Assembly: GCA_001773725.1 (NCBI GenBank) | Contig: MEXP01000020.1 | Span: forward strand, 102,767 to 166,766 | Direction of reading: 5' to 3' | Source of the DNA: Candidatus Amesbacteria bacterium RIFCSPLOWO2_01_FULL_49_25 | GTDB lineage: Bacteria > Patescibacteriota > Microgenomatia > CAZETR01 > Amesbacteraceae | Length of the DNA: 64,000 nucleotides | In this document: piece after piece, positions 39,833 to 49,988 of the stretch | How positions within the stretch are numbered: the stretch's first letter is position 1 | Layout of the letters: every line of letters starts with the position of its first letter | Translations under genes and position numbers: made by a program | Notes under the pieces: model-generated | Database searches by the model: none | Told to the model about the DNA's origin: nothing | What the model saw: only the letters and a program-made list of their open reading frames with translations

Positions 39833-39903
39833 CGGGGCGGAGTTTGACGGTAGAACGCGCGCATGGGGTGCGTGTAGAGGCAGTTCAATTCTGCCCGCCC
39901 CGA
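39833..39903 (+). tRNA. tRNA-Pro(GGG), CCA not encoded
   Basis: Acceptor CGGGGCG/CGCCCCG+A73, D-stem GTTT/GAAC, anticodon arm CGCGC-ATGGGGT-GCGTG, T-arm GGCAG-TTCAATT-CTGCC; TGCTAAAAT promoter upstream. Confidence 0.88.
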
Positions 39904-39912
39904 CTTTTAGTT

Positions 39913-40695
39913 ATGATATCCACATTTCGTGAAACAATAATTAGCCTTCGTGACCCCAAGTATCCGGAAGTTATCGTCAAAAAAACGATTCCTCAATCAA
40001 TTTGGTATTGGCTTAAATATCTCTTGTTTTTTACCCTCATCCCCTTAATATTTTTGACATTTTCTCTCACCTACTACACCCCCCAACTGCCGCGGATTAT
40101 ACAGGAACATTTTCCCGAGTTTTCCTTAACCGTTTCCCAAGGCCAAGCTTCAGTAGTCCCCAACGAGCCGTATAAATTTGCCACTCCCGAGTCCATTTTT
40201 ATAATTGACACGACCACGGGTTCAGCCCAGTCGCTTGCCGACTACACTTCCGGGTTCGTGATTTCCCGTGACCGTCTTTATGTCAAATCGCCCGACGGCA
40301 ATCTCTCCGATCTGCCGCTCTCCGAGCTGGGGGATTTTTCCTACAATCGCGAAGAGTTATCCGCCTGGATTTCCCGCCGCCTCTTCGCAGTCTGGCTGGC
40401 CGCTCTAGCTGGTCTGCTGTTTTTCGCCTTTGTAGCCGTTCTCTCTTACACGCTCTTTAACTTCGCCCTGATTTTTCTTTGGTCAGTTATTCTCGCCCTT
40501 TTAGGGCGCATTTCCCATCGATCTTTAAGTTTTGCCGCCTGTCTGAAAGTTTCGGTTCACGCTGCCGTCTTGCCCCTCGTTATTTCTGCCGTCACTTTCC
40601 TCGGTTCGTCTGCCCTTATTACCCTTCTCAATATTGCCCTGTTTGTCTTCTATTCCCTCTCCTGGTCCAAATCATTGACTCGCCCCGCCAAATAA
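39913..40695 (+). CDS. Membrane protein (DUF1189-like)
   Basis: TM, extracellular loop (P.F....G; IIDTT), then 3-4 TMs; start moved to ATG 39913, downstream of the tRNA. Confidence 0.65.
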   Translation: MISTFRETIISLRDPKYPEVIVKKTIPQSIWYWLKYLLFFTLIPLIFLTFSLTYYTPQLPRIIQEHFPEFSLTVSQGQASVVPNEPYKFATPESIFIIDTTTGSAQSLADYTSGFVISRDRLYVKSPDGNLSDLPLSELGDFSYNREELSAWISRRLFAVWLAALAGLLFFAFVAVLSYTLFNFALIFLWSVILALLGRISHRSLSFAACLKVSVHAAVLPLVISAVTFLGSSALITLLNIALFVFYSLSWSKSLTRPAK

Positions 40696-40711
40696 ACTAT
40701 AAACTACGGTA

Positions 40712-41110
40712 ATGGAACCCAACTACGCCAGCGTCGGTAGGCGGTTTCTCGCCGCTCTTGTCGATGGCCTCATCTTAGCCGCAGTCAACGCCGTCCTCGT
40801 CCTCTTATTTGCCAAATCCTCAACTGCCGGTCAAACCGGCAGATCCCTTCTTTCCGCCCTCATCGGTCTCGCCTATTACGTGTATTTTATCGGCAGTCGC
40901 GGCCAGACCCCGGGCAAAATGGCACTGGGTATCAAAGTGGTCAAAACCGACGGCTCTCAGCCGAACTACGTTACCGCGTTTCTTCGCGAAGTAGTGGGCA
41001 AGATTTTATCCAGTGTCGTGTTTTTACTGGGCTATCTGTGGGCTATTTGGGACGCGAAAAAGCAAACCTGGCACGACAAAATCGCCGGTACTCTGGTAAT
41101 AAAGGTTTGA
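40712..41110 (+). CDS. RDD family membrane protein
   Basis: RRFLAALVD, GQTPGKMALGIKVV, QTWHDKIAGT. Confidence 0.92.
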   Translation: MEPNYASVGRRFLAALVDGLILAAVNAVLVLLFAKSSTAGQTGRSLLSALIGLAYYVYFIGSRGQTPGKMALGIKVVKTDGSQPNYVTAFLREVVGKILSSVVFLLGYLWAIWDAKKQTWHDKIAGTLVIKV

Positions 41111-41111
41111 T

Positions 41112-42107
41112 ATGTCCTCTGTCGATTACAGCCGGATTCTCAAGAGATCCTGGCAGTTAAGCTGGAAAAATAAATGGCTCTGGGTTTATGGCCTGATTCT
41201 GGCCATTTTTGGTGGGAGTGGCGGCAGTGGGGGAGGTGCAGGCTTCAGCTCGTCAGATTTTAAAGAACTCATCAACTCCCGACCTCTCCCCGACACCTCC
41301 GAACCAGCCAGTCAAGTTCTGGGTATGGCAACAAACGCCATTGCCGACTGGTTCAAAAGCGTTCCCTTATCCATTTGGCTGATTTTGGCTATCGGATTAA
41401 TTCTTCTGTTAACAATTGGGTTCACGGTGGGGTTGATTATTCGCGCTTGGGCCAAAGCCGCTCTCATCTCCGCATTGCACCAAGCCGACTCCGACCAGTC
41501 GGTCAATCTGGTTTCCACTTCCCCCTCCGGCTTAACCTCGCTCAAAAGTCTGATTATCTACGGCATTTTGGTCTCTCTCATCGCTTTAGCCGGAGTTCTT
41601 GTCCTCCTTTCTCTGGGTTCAGCCGCATTAGTTTTAAAAGATAGCCTTTCGCAATTAGTCATTGCAGTGTTCCTAGTTGCCTTGGTCCTGTCTTTCTTGT
41701 TTTTTATGATTCTTCTCGGATTCACCAATATCTACGCCGAACGGCTGATCGTCCTCAAAAATTTCTCCCCCTGGGCAGCTTGGAAAACCGGTCTCAACTT
41801 CGCGTATCATAAGTTCTTCCCCACACTAACCATGGGGATTGTGGACCGGTCAGTCGGCTGTTCGGTCGGCTGCCTAGGCACCCTCATCATGGGTCTGTTT
41901 CTCGGCCTCCCAGCCTATTTACTCCTGACTCCCTCTTTCAAAAATGGCTTTCATTGGCCAAGTCCTCCCAACTTAGTAGCCATAGTTCTTCTCTTTCTCA
42001 TTTTTATACATCTCAACCTGCTCCTTCAGGCCATTTTTACAGTTTTCAACTTTTCCAACTGGAATTTATTTGTTAAAGAAATGGAAACAGAGGAGAAGTC
42101 ATTATGA
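41112..42107 (+). CDS. Multi-pass membrane protein of unknown function
   Basis: Several hydrophobic helices and a Gly/Ser-rich loop. Confidence 0.7.
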   Translation: MSSVDYSRILKRSWQLSWKNKWLWVYGLILAIFGGSGGSGGGAGFSSSDFKELINSRPLPDTSEPASQVLGMATNAIADWFKSVPLSIWLILAIGLILLLTIGFTVGLIIRAWAKAALISALHQADSDQSVNLVSTSPSGLTSLKSLIIYGILVSLIALAGVLVLLSLGSAALVLKDSLSQLVIAVFLVALVLSFLFFMILLGFTNIYAERLIVLKNFSPWAAWKTGLNFAYHKFFPTLTMGIVDRSVGCSVGCLGTLIMGLFLGLPAYLLLTPSFKNGFHWPSPPNLVAIVLLFLIFIHLNLLLQAIFTVFNFSNWNLFVKEMETEEKSL

Positions 42108-42703
42108 AACCGGCCCCTATTATCTTGCGTCTTACCGCCGGCCTAATCGACGTTTTCATTTTCTCTTCTCTTCCCCTTATCTTCCTCCTAAAACTTTCAT
42201 CCGCATTCGATATTCCTTCTGTTATGGACGCCCTTTTGTCTTTTGTAATGATCGTCATATTTGGCAGTTTCATCCTAACCCTCCTCAATACCTTTCTTAC
42301 TTCCGCCATTGGCGGCTCCATAGGCAAGCTGATAACCGGGCTATCTGTAGTCGACTCCTCCGGTAAAACGATAAAATTCCCCCGGGCTTTATTTAGAAAT
42401 TTTGTAGGCTACACTATCTCTGGGGTATTTCTCAACGCCGGTTTCATCTGGATTCTTATCGACCCCGGCCATCGCGCCTGGCACGATCTCGCCTCTGATA
42501 CTTGGGTTACCCTTACCCGCCCGTCCCGCCAAATTTTCGGCGCCGCCTTTGCCCTCATCCTTCTCGGATTAAACGTCTATCTGGTCGTTCAAATATTTTC
42601 TAGAGTCTCAAATAACATCTCCTTTTATCAAGAAGTAGGCCAGGATATCTATCAGGAAACCCAGAATCTAATTCCCACCCCCACCCCGCGGCTCACGATT
42701 TAA
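42104..42703 (+). CDS. RDD family membrane protein
   Basis: RLTAGLID, GSIGKLITGL.VV, RAWHDLASDT. Confidence 0.88.
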   Translation: MKPAPIILRLTAGLIDVFIFSSLPLIFLLKLSSAFDIPSVMDALLSFVMIVIFGSFILTLLNTFLTSAIGGSIGKLITGLSVVDSSGKTIKFPRALFRNFVGYTISGVFLNAGFIWILIDPGHRAWHDLASDTWVTLTRPSRQIFGAAFALILLGLNVYLVVQIFSRVSNNISFYQEVGQDIYQETQNLIPTPTPRLTI

Positions 42704-42744
42704 CTCTTGCTTTTTGGCTCTAGGTTAGTATATTTGTGACAGTT

Positions 42745-43782
42745 ATGGCCGCGGATCAAAAACTACAGGCGATCAAGATCGCCATGGAACAGATCGAGAA
42801 ACAGTTTGGTAAGGGGTCAATTATGAAGCTGGGTGAAAAGAGCGAAAAACTCACCGTCGATGTCATCTCTACGGGTTCTGTAGCTATCGATGTGGCCTTG
42901 GGGATAGGCGGTTTTCCCCGCGGCCGCATCACCGAAATTTACGGCCCCGAAGCTTCCGGCAAAACTACCGTCGCTCTTCATTGTATCGCCGAGGCTCAGC
43001 GTGCCGGCGGCACTGCCGCTTTTATCGACGCCGAGCACGCCCTGGACCCGGCTCGGGCTGCAGCTATCGGCGTCGATCTGGACAACTTATATATTTCCCA
43101 GCCCGATACCGGCGAGCAGGCATTAGAAATTGTTGAAACCCTCATTCGTTCCGGAGCCATCGACGTTATCGTTATCGATTCTGTAGCTGCGCTCGTTCCT
43201 CGGGCGGAAATAGAGGGTGAAATGGGTGATTCAGTCATGGGTGTCCAGGCCCGGCTTATGTCCCAGGCCTTGCGGAAAATCACCGGTGCCATTTCCAAGA
43301 GCAAATCCGTCGTCATTTTTACCAATCAGCTCCGGATGAAGATTGGGGTCATGTTTGGCAATCCCGAGACCACCCCCGGGGGCATGGCCCTCAAGTTTTA
43401 TTCCTCGGTGCGCATTGATACCAGAAAGATCGAGACTCTCAAAGATGGTGATTTAGTAATTGGTTCCCGCCACCGCGCCCGAATCGTCAAAAACAAAGTC
43501 GCCCCACCCTTCAGAGTAGCCGAGTTTGATATTTTAAACGACGGCGGCATTTCCAAAGAGGGTGGTCTCATAGATGTGGGACTGGAGCTGGGGGTACTCA
43601 CCAAAAAAGGATCCTTCATTTACTTTGCCGACACTATTGTAGGCCAGGGTCGCGAAGCCGCCAGGACTTTTCTCAAAGAAAATCACAAAATTACCAAACA
43701 GCTCGAAGACGCCATTTGGAAAACAGTCAAAACCGCCAAAATCCCCCTCCCCAAACAAGTCGGGGAAATTGAAGAAGAGTAA
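42745..43782 (+). CDS. recA: Recombinase RecA
   Basis: [39 protein letters not shown]; start ATG 42745 (GTG 42736 also possible). Confidence 0.99.
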   Translation: MAADQKLQAIKIAMEQIEKQFGKGSIMKLGEKSEKLTVDVISTGSVAIDVALGIGGFPRGRITEIYGPEASGKTTVALHCIAEAQRAGGTAAFIDAEHALDPARAAAIGVDLDNLYISQPDTGEQALEIVETLIRSGAIDVIVIDSVAALVPRAEIEGEMGDSVMGVQARLMSQALRKITGAISKSKSVVIFTNQLRMKIGVMFGNPETTPGGMALKFYSSVRIDTRKIETLKDGDLVIGSRHRARIVKNKVAPPFRVAEFDILNDGGISKEGGLIDVGLELGVLTKKGSFIYFADTIVGQGREAARTFLKENHKITKQLEDAIWKTVKTAKIPLPKQVGEIEEE

Positions 43783-43791
43783 AATAACCCC

Positions 43792-44229
43792 GTGAACTTA
43801 TTAGACAGTGCGCTGAAAATTCTTTCCCTTCGTCCGCATAGCAAACAAGAAGTCATCAATTTTTTGCGCCGAAAGACCTCGGATGCCGCTTTAATTAATC
43901 AAACTATCGCCAAATTAGAAAAGGCCAAGTTAATTAATGATGAAGAATTTGCCAAGTGGTATATCGAATCCCGCTCCCGCACTCGCCCTCGCGGCGCCCG
44001 CCTGTTGTCCCATGAACTAAAGCAAAAAGGCATAGATACCGCAACTTCTAACCTAGAATCTAGCTCCCTGGACGAAGTCTCTCTGGCCACAAAAGCCCTC
44101 GAAAAAAAACAAAAAATGTGGTCAAAACTTTCAGCTAACGACTTTAAGCTAAAAGCTACCAGCTATCTGCAGTATCGGGGCTTCTCCTGGGACACTATAG
44201 CTAAAGTTGTCAAAAAGAGATATAATTAA
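43792..44229 (+). CDS. recX: Regulatory protein RecX
   Basis: LSLRPHS..E, INDEEFA, ELKQKGI, YLQYRGF; follows recA. Confidence 0.9.
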   Translation: MNLLDSALKILSLRPHSKQEVINFLRRKTSDAALINQTIAKLEKAKLINDEEFAKWYIESRSRTRPRGARLLSHELKQKGIDTATSNLESSSLDEVSLATKALEKKQKMWSKLSANDFKLKATSYLQYRGFSWDTIAKVVKKRYN

Positions 44230-44254
44230 GTTATGTTAACTCTAGAGTTTAAAT

Positions 44255-45397
44255 ATGGCCTCTTCCTCGTCACTTCCGGGCGATCTAGATAAAGAGTCAC
44301 TTTTAGAACTGGCGCAAAAGTACTTTGCCGAAGACCTCGCCAAGCTCATCGAAGCCACCCGCCAGGATCTCAAATCTCGGGCCAACGAACTGGCCCAGGA
44401 CATCCTAGTCGGGGCTATGCTTCATGGCGCGACCGATTACACCGCCGAATATACGGTATCCACTATCACACTGCCCAATGAATCGGTGAAGGGTGGGATT
44501 ATCGGCCAAGGCGGCAGAAACATCGCGGCCTTCGAGAGAGCCACCGGCGTAGAGATTGAAATAGAAGAAGGCAATACCATTCGTTTATCTTCATTCGATT
44601 CACTGCGTCGCGAAGTAGCCAGGAGAAGTTTAGAATTTCTCATCAAAGACGCTCGCATTACTCCCACCCGTATCGAAGAAGTTGTTTCCCAGACCCAAAA
44701 ACACCTGGACACTATTTTAGTAGATGAGGGCCGCAAAATCTGCTCCGCCTGTGGTGTATTCAACCTCGATCCCGAATTGATCAAAACCATCGGCCGCTAC
44801 CGCTTTCGTTTCTCCTACGGCCAAAACCTAGGCATCCACACAATCGAGGAAACCAAAATCGGGGTCCAGATCGCCCACGAACTAGTTCTGTCAGACGATC
44901 TGATTCAACAAGTCAGGCTGGGGTGTCTTCTTCACGACATCGGCAAAGTAGTTACCGACGAAGAAGGGACGCATGTCCAATTAGGCGTCCAGTTATTGAA
45001 GAAATACAATCTGCCGGATTTGGTAATCAACGCCGTCGCCGAACATCACGAGGACAAACCTTTCTCCTCCATGGTTTCTCGCATCGTCTGGGTGGCAGAC
45101 GCCATCTCCGGTTCCCGTCCGGGTGCCCGTTACGAGTCCCATGACATTTACGTTCAACGCCTTCAAAAGATAGAAGAAATCGGCAAGTCTTTCCCCGGCG
45201 TGGCCGAGACCTTTGCCTTCCAAGCCGGCCGCGACGTGCGAGTTATTGTCAAACCGGAAACAATTTCCGACTCGGAATTGGTAGTCTTGGTAGCCAGGAT
45301 TCGGGAAAAGTTGGAAAAAGAGGCCCAGTATGTTGGCCAAATTAGAGTCACCGCCATTAGGGAAGTGCGCGCCACAGACATAACCAAAGCCAAATAG
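44255..45397 (+). CDS. rny: Ribonuclease Y homologue lacking the N-terminal membrane anchor
   Basis: KH domain (KGGIIGQGGRNI), HD domain (LLHDIGK, EHH, ADAISGSRPGAR), QAGRDVRV; recA-recX-rny synteny. Confidence 0.9.
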   Translation: MASSSSLPGDLDKESLLELAQKYFAEDLAKLIEATRQDLKSRANELAQDILVGAMLHGATDYTAEYTVSTITLPNESVKGGIIGQGGRNIAAFERATGVEIEIEEGNTIRLSSFDSLRREVARRSLEFLIKDARITPTRIEEVVSQTQKHLDTILVDEGRKICSACGVFNLDPELIKTIGRYRFRFSYGQNLGIHTIEETKIGVQIAHELVLSDDLIQQVRLGCLLHDIGKVVTDEEGTHVQLGVQLLKKYNLPDLVINAVAEHHEDKPFSSMVSRIVWVADAISGSRPGARYESHDIYVQRLQKIEEIGKSFPGVAETFAFQAGRDVRVIVKPETISDSELVVLVARIREKLEKEAQYVGQIRVTAIREVRATDITKAK

Positions 45398-45476
45398 CCC
45401 ATTGCTTCTTGACATTTACTTCGCGTCGTTTTATTTTGGGCTTAGATATGGAACATTTGAAAGGGGGTGATAGTAA

Positions 45477-45749
45477 GTGACCAAACAACAAATGTTTGAA
45501 TTGGTGGCAAAGAAAGCCCATTTGACCAAGAAAGCCGCCCGGGAGTCCGTCGAAACTTTTATCGAAGAAGTCAAAAAAGCATTGAGTAAAGGCGAAAAAG
45601 TCGTCTTATCCGGTTTCGGCACTTTCAAAGTAGTCCACGTCAAGGACAAACCGGTGATCATCCCCAATACCAAAGAGCGCAAAGTGGTCAAAGGCCACAG
45701 AGCCGCTCGCTTCACTCCCGGCAAGACCCTCAAAAAAGCCGTGAAATGA
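45477..45749 (+). CDS. DNA-binding protein HU
   Basis: MTKQQM, GFGTF, F.PGK.LK; strong GGGGGTGA SD. Confidence 0.93.
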   Translation: MTKQQMFELVAKKAHLTKKAARESVETFIEEVKKALSKGEKVVLSGFGTFKVVHVKDKPVIIPNTKERKVVKGHRAARFTPGKTLKKAVK

Positions 45750-45766
45750 CATCCAATGTCGTCTCC

Positions 45767-45798
45767 AAAACGATCCCGACTCAGTCGGGACCGTTTTT
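45767..45798 (+). terminator. Intrinsic terminator after HU
   Basis: AAAACG-A-TCCCGACT/AGTCGGGA-C-CGTTTT stem followed by T residues. Confidence 0.7.
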
Positions 45799-45855
45799 GT
45801 CGTATAACCATCACTATCCCTCGTAAACTCGAGTTGATAGCTATAAAATCTCCCC

Positions 45856-46641
45856 ATGCGCAAATATTTAGCTTTTTTTACCGCCGAGTGGCAGCAGGCC
45901 TTGAACTACAGACCAGAAGCTTTTGTTTGGTTTATTCTGGAATTTATACCTCTGGTTGTCATGCTCAATTTATCAGATTATTTAAAAACATCTGGCAGGC
46001 TAACCCATTCCCAATATAGCCAGTTGGTTCTTTACTTTGTCATAAATTTGTTTATCTCTCGATTATCATCAATTCATTTTGAAGATAATTTAATTGATGA
46101 CATCAAGGACGGAAAAATTAGTCCCAGTCTGCTCAAACCATTCTCATTTTTTTGGCACCTTTTGCCCAGAGAGGCTACTTGGAGATTGGCCGGCCTCATG
46201 TATTTGCTTCCCAGCATGCTCGTTATTTGGCCCTTAATTAAATCTCTGGAATATCCAAAGCTGTTACCAGCCAATTTAATAATCGTCGTCTTGTTTTTGG
46301 CAATAGCCTTTCTACAGCGTTTTTTCCTAGCTTGGATTATCAGTATTCCTGCTTTTTGGATAGATCAATCAAAAGCCTTAGTTCACTTCAAGTGGATGGC
46401 TGAAGGGATTTTTGGTGGTGCCTGGCTCCCCCTATATCTATTTCCCTCCTGGTGGCAAAATCTTGCCAGACACACACCCTTTTATTATTGGTTCTACTTT
46501 CCTGCCCAAGTCCTTCTGGGGAACGTTACGGAATTCTTGACACCTCTCATACTTTCCTCAGCTTGGATGATTATGCTTTATTTCCTAGCCTCAAAATTTT
46601 GGCACAAGGCCATCAGATATTACTCGTCAGTAGGGGGATAG
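45856..46641 (+). CDS. ABC-2 family permease (DUF990-like, type A)
   Basis: YR...F.W, IKDGKI...LLKP, GGAWLPL.LFP, TPF...YFP. Confidence 0.85.
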   Translation: MRKYLAFFTAEWQQALNYRPEAFVWFILEFIPLVVMLNLSDYLKTSGRLTHSQYSQLVLYFVINLFISRLSSIHFEDNLIDDIKDGKISPSLLKPFSFFWHLLPREATWRLAGLMYLLPSMLVIWPLIKSLEYPKLLPANLIIVVLFLAIAFLQRFFLAWIISIPAFWIDQSKALVHFKWMAEGIFGGAWLPLYLFPSWWQNLARHTPFYYWFYFPAQVLLGNVTEFLTPLILSSAWMIMLYFLASKFWHKAIRYYSSVGG

Positions 46642-46645
46642 TGCT

Positions 46646-47434
46646 ATGAGGAAATACATTTCTCTTTTTTTTAAATTCATTAGTCTATCTTGGATGCGGG
46701 AAATGGAATATCGTTCCAACTTTATCACTTGGATGATTATTGATTTTACCTGGTCAGCAATGGATTTGCTGTTCATGTTAGTTCTCATAAACTTCACTCA
46801 GGTTTTGGGCAGTTGGTCAAAGGGCCAAATGCTCGTTGTTCTAGGTTTTTTCCGAATTATGGTTATTCCTGTCTGGGGTTGGCTTTTCCAAAGCTTCTCT
46901 CTTATTCCAAAATATATCTCCGAGGGAATGCTCGATATGATTCTTACCAAACCAATTGATAGTCAGTTTATGGTTTCCTCAAGACAGTTTGGCTTTTCGA
47001 TTATTCCGTCTTTGTTTACGGGGATAGGATTCACATTATATGGATTTAAAATTCTTGGGATGTTTCCTTCCCCAATCTTCATAATCCAATTTTTTTGGTT
47101 GGCGGTTGTTTCAACGGCATTAATATATGGGATGTACTTCGCAACAGTAGCTTGCACGTTGTATGTCGAACGTTTAAACAACATCCACCATGTTTTTACG
47201 TCACTTTACGACGCCTCTCGTTATCCTGGCGATATATTTTCACCAATGTTAAAACGAATTTTAACCACCCTCATCCCCATCTCATTAGTGATTGTAATTC
47301 CGGCCCAAAGTTTGTTTTCATCCGTCAAACCCTTTGACTTTATATACCTTCATATCATTACTGCAGTTTTCCTAATTTTAAGTCGGCGAATTTGGACTAA
47401 CGGTCTTCGCCACTACTCCTCCGCCAGTTCCTAA
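46646..47434 (+). CDS. ABC-2 family permease (DUF990-like, type B)
   Basis: MEYRSNF, GMLDMILTKPID, RYP..IF, HYSSASS. Confidence 0.85.
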   Translation: MRKYISLFFKFISLSWMREMEYRSNFITWMIIDFTWSAMDLLFMLVLINFTQVLGSWSKGQMLVVLGFFRIMVIPVWGWLFQSFSLIPKYISEGMLDMILTKPIDSQFMVSSRQFGFSIIPSLFTGIGFTLYGFKILGMFPSPIFIIQFFWLAVVSTALIYGMYFATVACTLYVERLNNIHHVFTSLYDASRYPGDIFSPMLKRILTTLIPISLVIVIPAQSLFSSVKPFDFIYLHIITAVFLILSRRIWTNGLRHYSSASS

Positions 47435-47449
47435 GGTAAAATAAACTCC

Positions 47450-48436
47450 ATGGCTGTAATCGAAGTCAAAAACCTAAGGAAATACTACAAGGTTCATCAA
47501 AAAGAGCCTGGATTATCAGGGTCTATTCGCTCTCTTTTCCACCGAAAATACTATGACGTCAAGGCCGTTGATAACGTCAGTTTTGAGATAGGAGAAGGGG
47601 AGTTGATTGGTTTTATCGGTCCCAACGGCGCCGGCAAAACCACTACTCTCAAAGTCCTCTCCGGCCTCTTGTACCCCACTTCCGGCCACGTCTCAGTCCT
47701 AGGCTTCACTCCCTGGGATAGAAAACCCGCCTTCCAAAAACAGTTTTCTTTGGTTATGGGCCAAAAAAACCAACTCTGGTGGGACTTGCCCGCTATCGAA
47801 TCGTTTATCCTCAATAAAGAAATCTACGAAGTTCCTGATAACAAATATAAAAAGACCCTGGATGAACTCGTCGAGCTTTTAGATGTGGCCGATATCCTAA
47901 AAGTCCAGGTCCGAAAACTCTCTCTGGGCCAGCGGATGAAAATGGAACTCATCGCCGCTCTCATCCACTCACCCAAAATATTATTTCTGGACGAACCCAC
48001 CATTGGTCTCGATGTGGTCATGCAGAAAAAGATGCGTGATTTTATCAAGGAATACAATCACCGTTACCGAGCCACCATTATCCTCACCTCTCACTACATG
48101 GACGACGTCAAAGAGCTCTGCGACCGGGTAGTGATCATCGACAAAGGCAAACTAATTTTTGATGGGCTATTGGACGAGATCATTAAAAAATACGCCGATC
48201 ACAAACTGATAACTGTCATTTTCAGCAAAAATAACGTCACCCGGGCCGACGTGGAAAAACTGGGTGAACTCAAAGAATTTGAGTCTCCCAAAGCGGTAAT
48301 TTCTGTCAAGCGCGCTTCCGCCCCCAAGGTTGCCGCCAAGATACTCGAAGAATTTCCGGTGGCGGATATCAATCTCGAAGAACCCCAGATCGAAGATATA
48401 ATCAGGGAGGTTTTCACCGGAAAAGATTTTGCATGA
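47450..48436 (+). CDS. ABC transporter ATP-binding protein
   Basis: GPNGAGKTT, LSLGQ, LFLDEPT, TSH. Confidence 0.95.
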   Translation: MAVIEVKNLRKYYKVHQKEPGLSGSIRSLFHRKYYDVKAVDNVSFEIGEGELIGFIGPNGAGKTTTLKVLSGLLYPTSGHVSVLGFTPWDRKPAFQKQFSLVMGQKNQLWWDLPAIESFILNKEIYEVPDNKYKKTLDELVELLDVADILKVQVRKLSLGQRMKMELIAALIHSPKILFLDEPTIGLDVVMQKKMRDFIKEYNHRYRATIILTSHYMDDVKELCDRVVIIDKGKLIFDGLLDEIIKKYADHKLITVIFSKNNVTRADVEKLGELKEFESPKAVISVKRASAPKVAAKILEEFPVADINLEEPQIEDIIREVFTGKDFA

Positions 48437-49212
48437 GAAAATACTTAACTGTCTTCGCCATCGACTGGCAAAATCAGTTTATCTACCGTCTAAACTTCAT
48501 CCTCTGGCGCCTGCGAAACGTCCTCCGTGTCCTCATGACCTATTTTTTGTGGACCAGCATTTTTTCTTCCCAAACTTCCGTTTTTGGCTACACCCGCGAA
48601 CAAATGGTCGCCTATCTTCTCCTGGCCCTTTTTGTCAATAGTCTGGTCGCATCAGCCCCTTCAAATGACAACGTCGGCGGTGAAGTTAGTAATGGCACTC
48701 TCAATAATTTTTTAGTTAAACCCATCGGTTACCTCCGTTACTGGTTCACCCGCGATCTGTCCAGCAAATTATTAAATATCATTTTCGCAATTGGAGAAAT
48801 TGCTCTTCTTTACTTGCTTTTTCGCCCCTCTCTTTACGTTTCCCCCAGCATTATGAGCATATTACTCTTAATTTCAGCCGTTATAATCTATTTTCTTTTA
48901 GGCAAACTCGCTATTTCCATCGTCTTCTGGGCCCCCGAACAGACATGGGGACTAATGTTCATCGTTTTGGTTCTTATGGAAATGCTCACCGGACTAATTT
49001 TTCCCCTGGATCTTCTTCCCCGCTGGGCCTTCTCCGCTCTCCAATTCACCCCCTTTCCGTATTTAATTTATTTTCCCTTAATCTCCGCCATCGGCCGGCC
49101 GGTCGCCTTCCGCTTTTTGTTGCAAAGTCTGTTTTGGGTGGCCATTCTTTATTATCTGGTCAAAAAAGTTTGGGCCAAGGGTCTCAAAACCTATTCCGCC
49201 TCCGGCATATGA
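48433..49212 (+). CDS. ABC-2 family permease (DUF990-like, type A)
   Basis: FIYRLNF, G.LNNFLVKP, FPLDLLP, TPFPY..YFP. Confidence 0.85.
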   Translation: MRKYLTVFAIDWQNQFIYRLNFILWRLRNVLRVLMTYFLWTSIFSSQTSVFGYTREQMVAYLLLALFVNSLVASAPSNDNVGGEVSNGTLNNFLVKPIGYLRYWFTRDLSSKLLNIIFAIGEIALLYLLFRPSLYVSPSIMSILLLISAVIIYFLLGKLAISIVFWAPEQTWGLMFIVLVLMEMLTGLIFPLDLLPRWAFSALQFTPFPYLIYFPLISAIGRPVAFRFLLQSLFWVAILYYLVKKVWAKGLKTYSASGI

Positions 49213-49988
49213 AAATCTTTAAAGTCACCTGGCGCTACTTTATAAATTCTCTGCAGCAAAACATTAGCGGGCCGACGGTTTTTCTGATGTTTTTTGTCAG
49301 CAAATTCATCCGTTATACCCTGTTTATATCCTTTCTCTACTATTTAAGTTCAGGGGTCAAGCTTATCGGCGGTTACACTTGGGAACAAATGCTCTTCTTT
49401 TACTTAGTCTTTATTCTTGTTGATACCGTCGTCCAAATGTTTTTTCGCGAGGTCTACCGCTTCCGCCCGTTGGTCATTTCCGGCGGCTTCGACATGGTTT
49501 TGGCCAAACCCTTCCCGCCCCTGGTCCGCTGTCTTCTGGGCGGCCCTGATTATATAGACTTAGGAGTGCTTGTCATCCTTCTGGCTGTTGTCTCTTATTT
49601 CACTTCAGTCTATATCCGCCCGTCTTTCCCACAATTGTTGCTATTCTTCCTGATGTTAGGCAATACCCTTTTAGTAGCTACGGCCTTCCACATCATGGTT
49701 TTGGCCATCGGCATCCTCACCCTCTCCGTCGACCACCTCATCATGGTCTACCGCGATCTTACCGCCCTGGTGCGTATCCCGGTTGGTCTCTTCACCGAGC
49801 CTGTGCGCTCCCTCATCACTTTTGTAATTCCAGTGGGCCTGATGTTCACCTTCCCCGCCCAAACTCTTTTGGGCCTCCTCTCCTGGCAAATAATAGCTGT
49901 CTCTCTCACCTTCGGAATCGCCTATCTCTTTTTATCCCTCAAATTTTGGTCCTATGCCCTCAAGCAATATTCCTCCGCCAGCAGTTAA
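49209..49988 (+). CDS. ABC-2 family permease (DUF990-like, type B)
   Basis: GGFDMVLAKP, RIPV..F, QYSSASS; start moved to ATG 49209. Confidence 0.85.
   Translation: MKIFKVTWRYFINSLQQNISGPTVFLMFFVSKFIRYTLFISFLYYLSSGVKLIGGYTWEQMLFFYLVFILVDTVVQMFFREVYRFRPLVISGGFDMVLAKPFPPLVRCLLGGPDYIDLGVLVILLAVVSYFTSVYIRPSFPQLLLFFLMLGNTLLVATAFHIMVLAIGILTLSVDHLIMVYRDLTALVRIPVGLFTEPVRSLITFVIPVGLMFTFPAQTLLGLLSWQIIAVSLTFGIAYLFLSLKFWSYALKQYSSASS

Noticed and set aside
39844-39912. N-terminal extension of the 39844-40695 ORF
   Set aside because: It overlaps tRNA-Pro; ATG 39913 is the plausible start.
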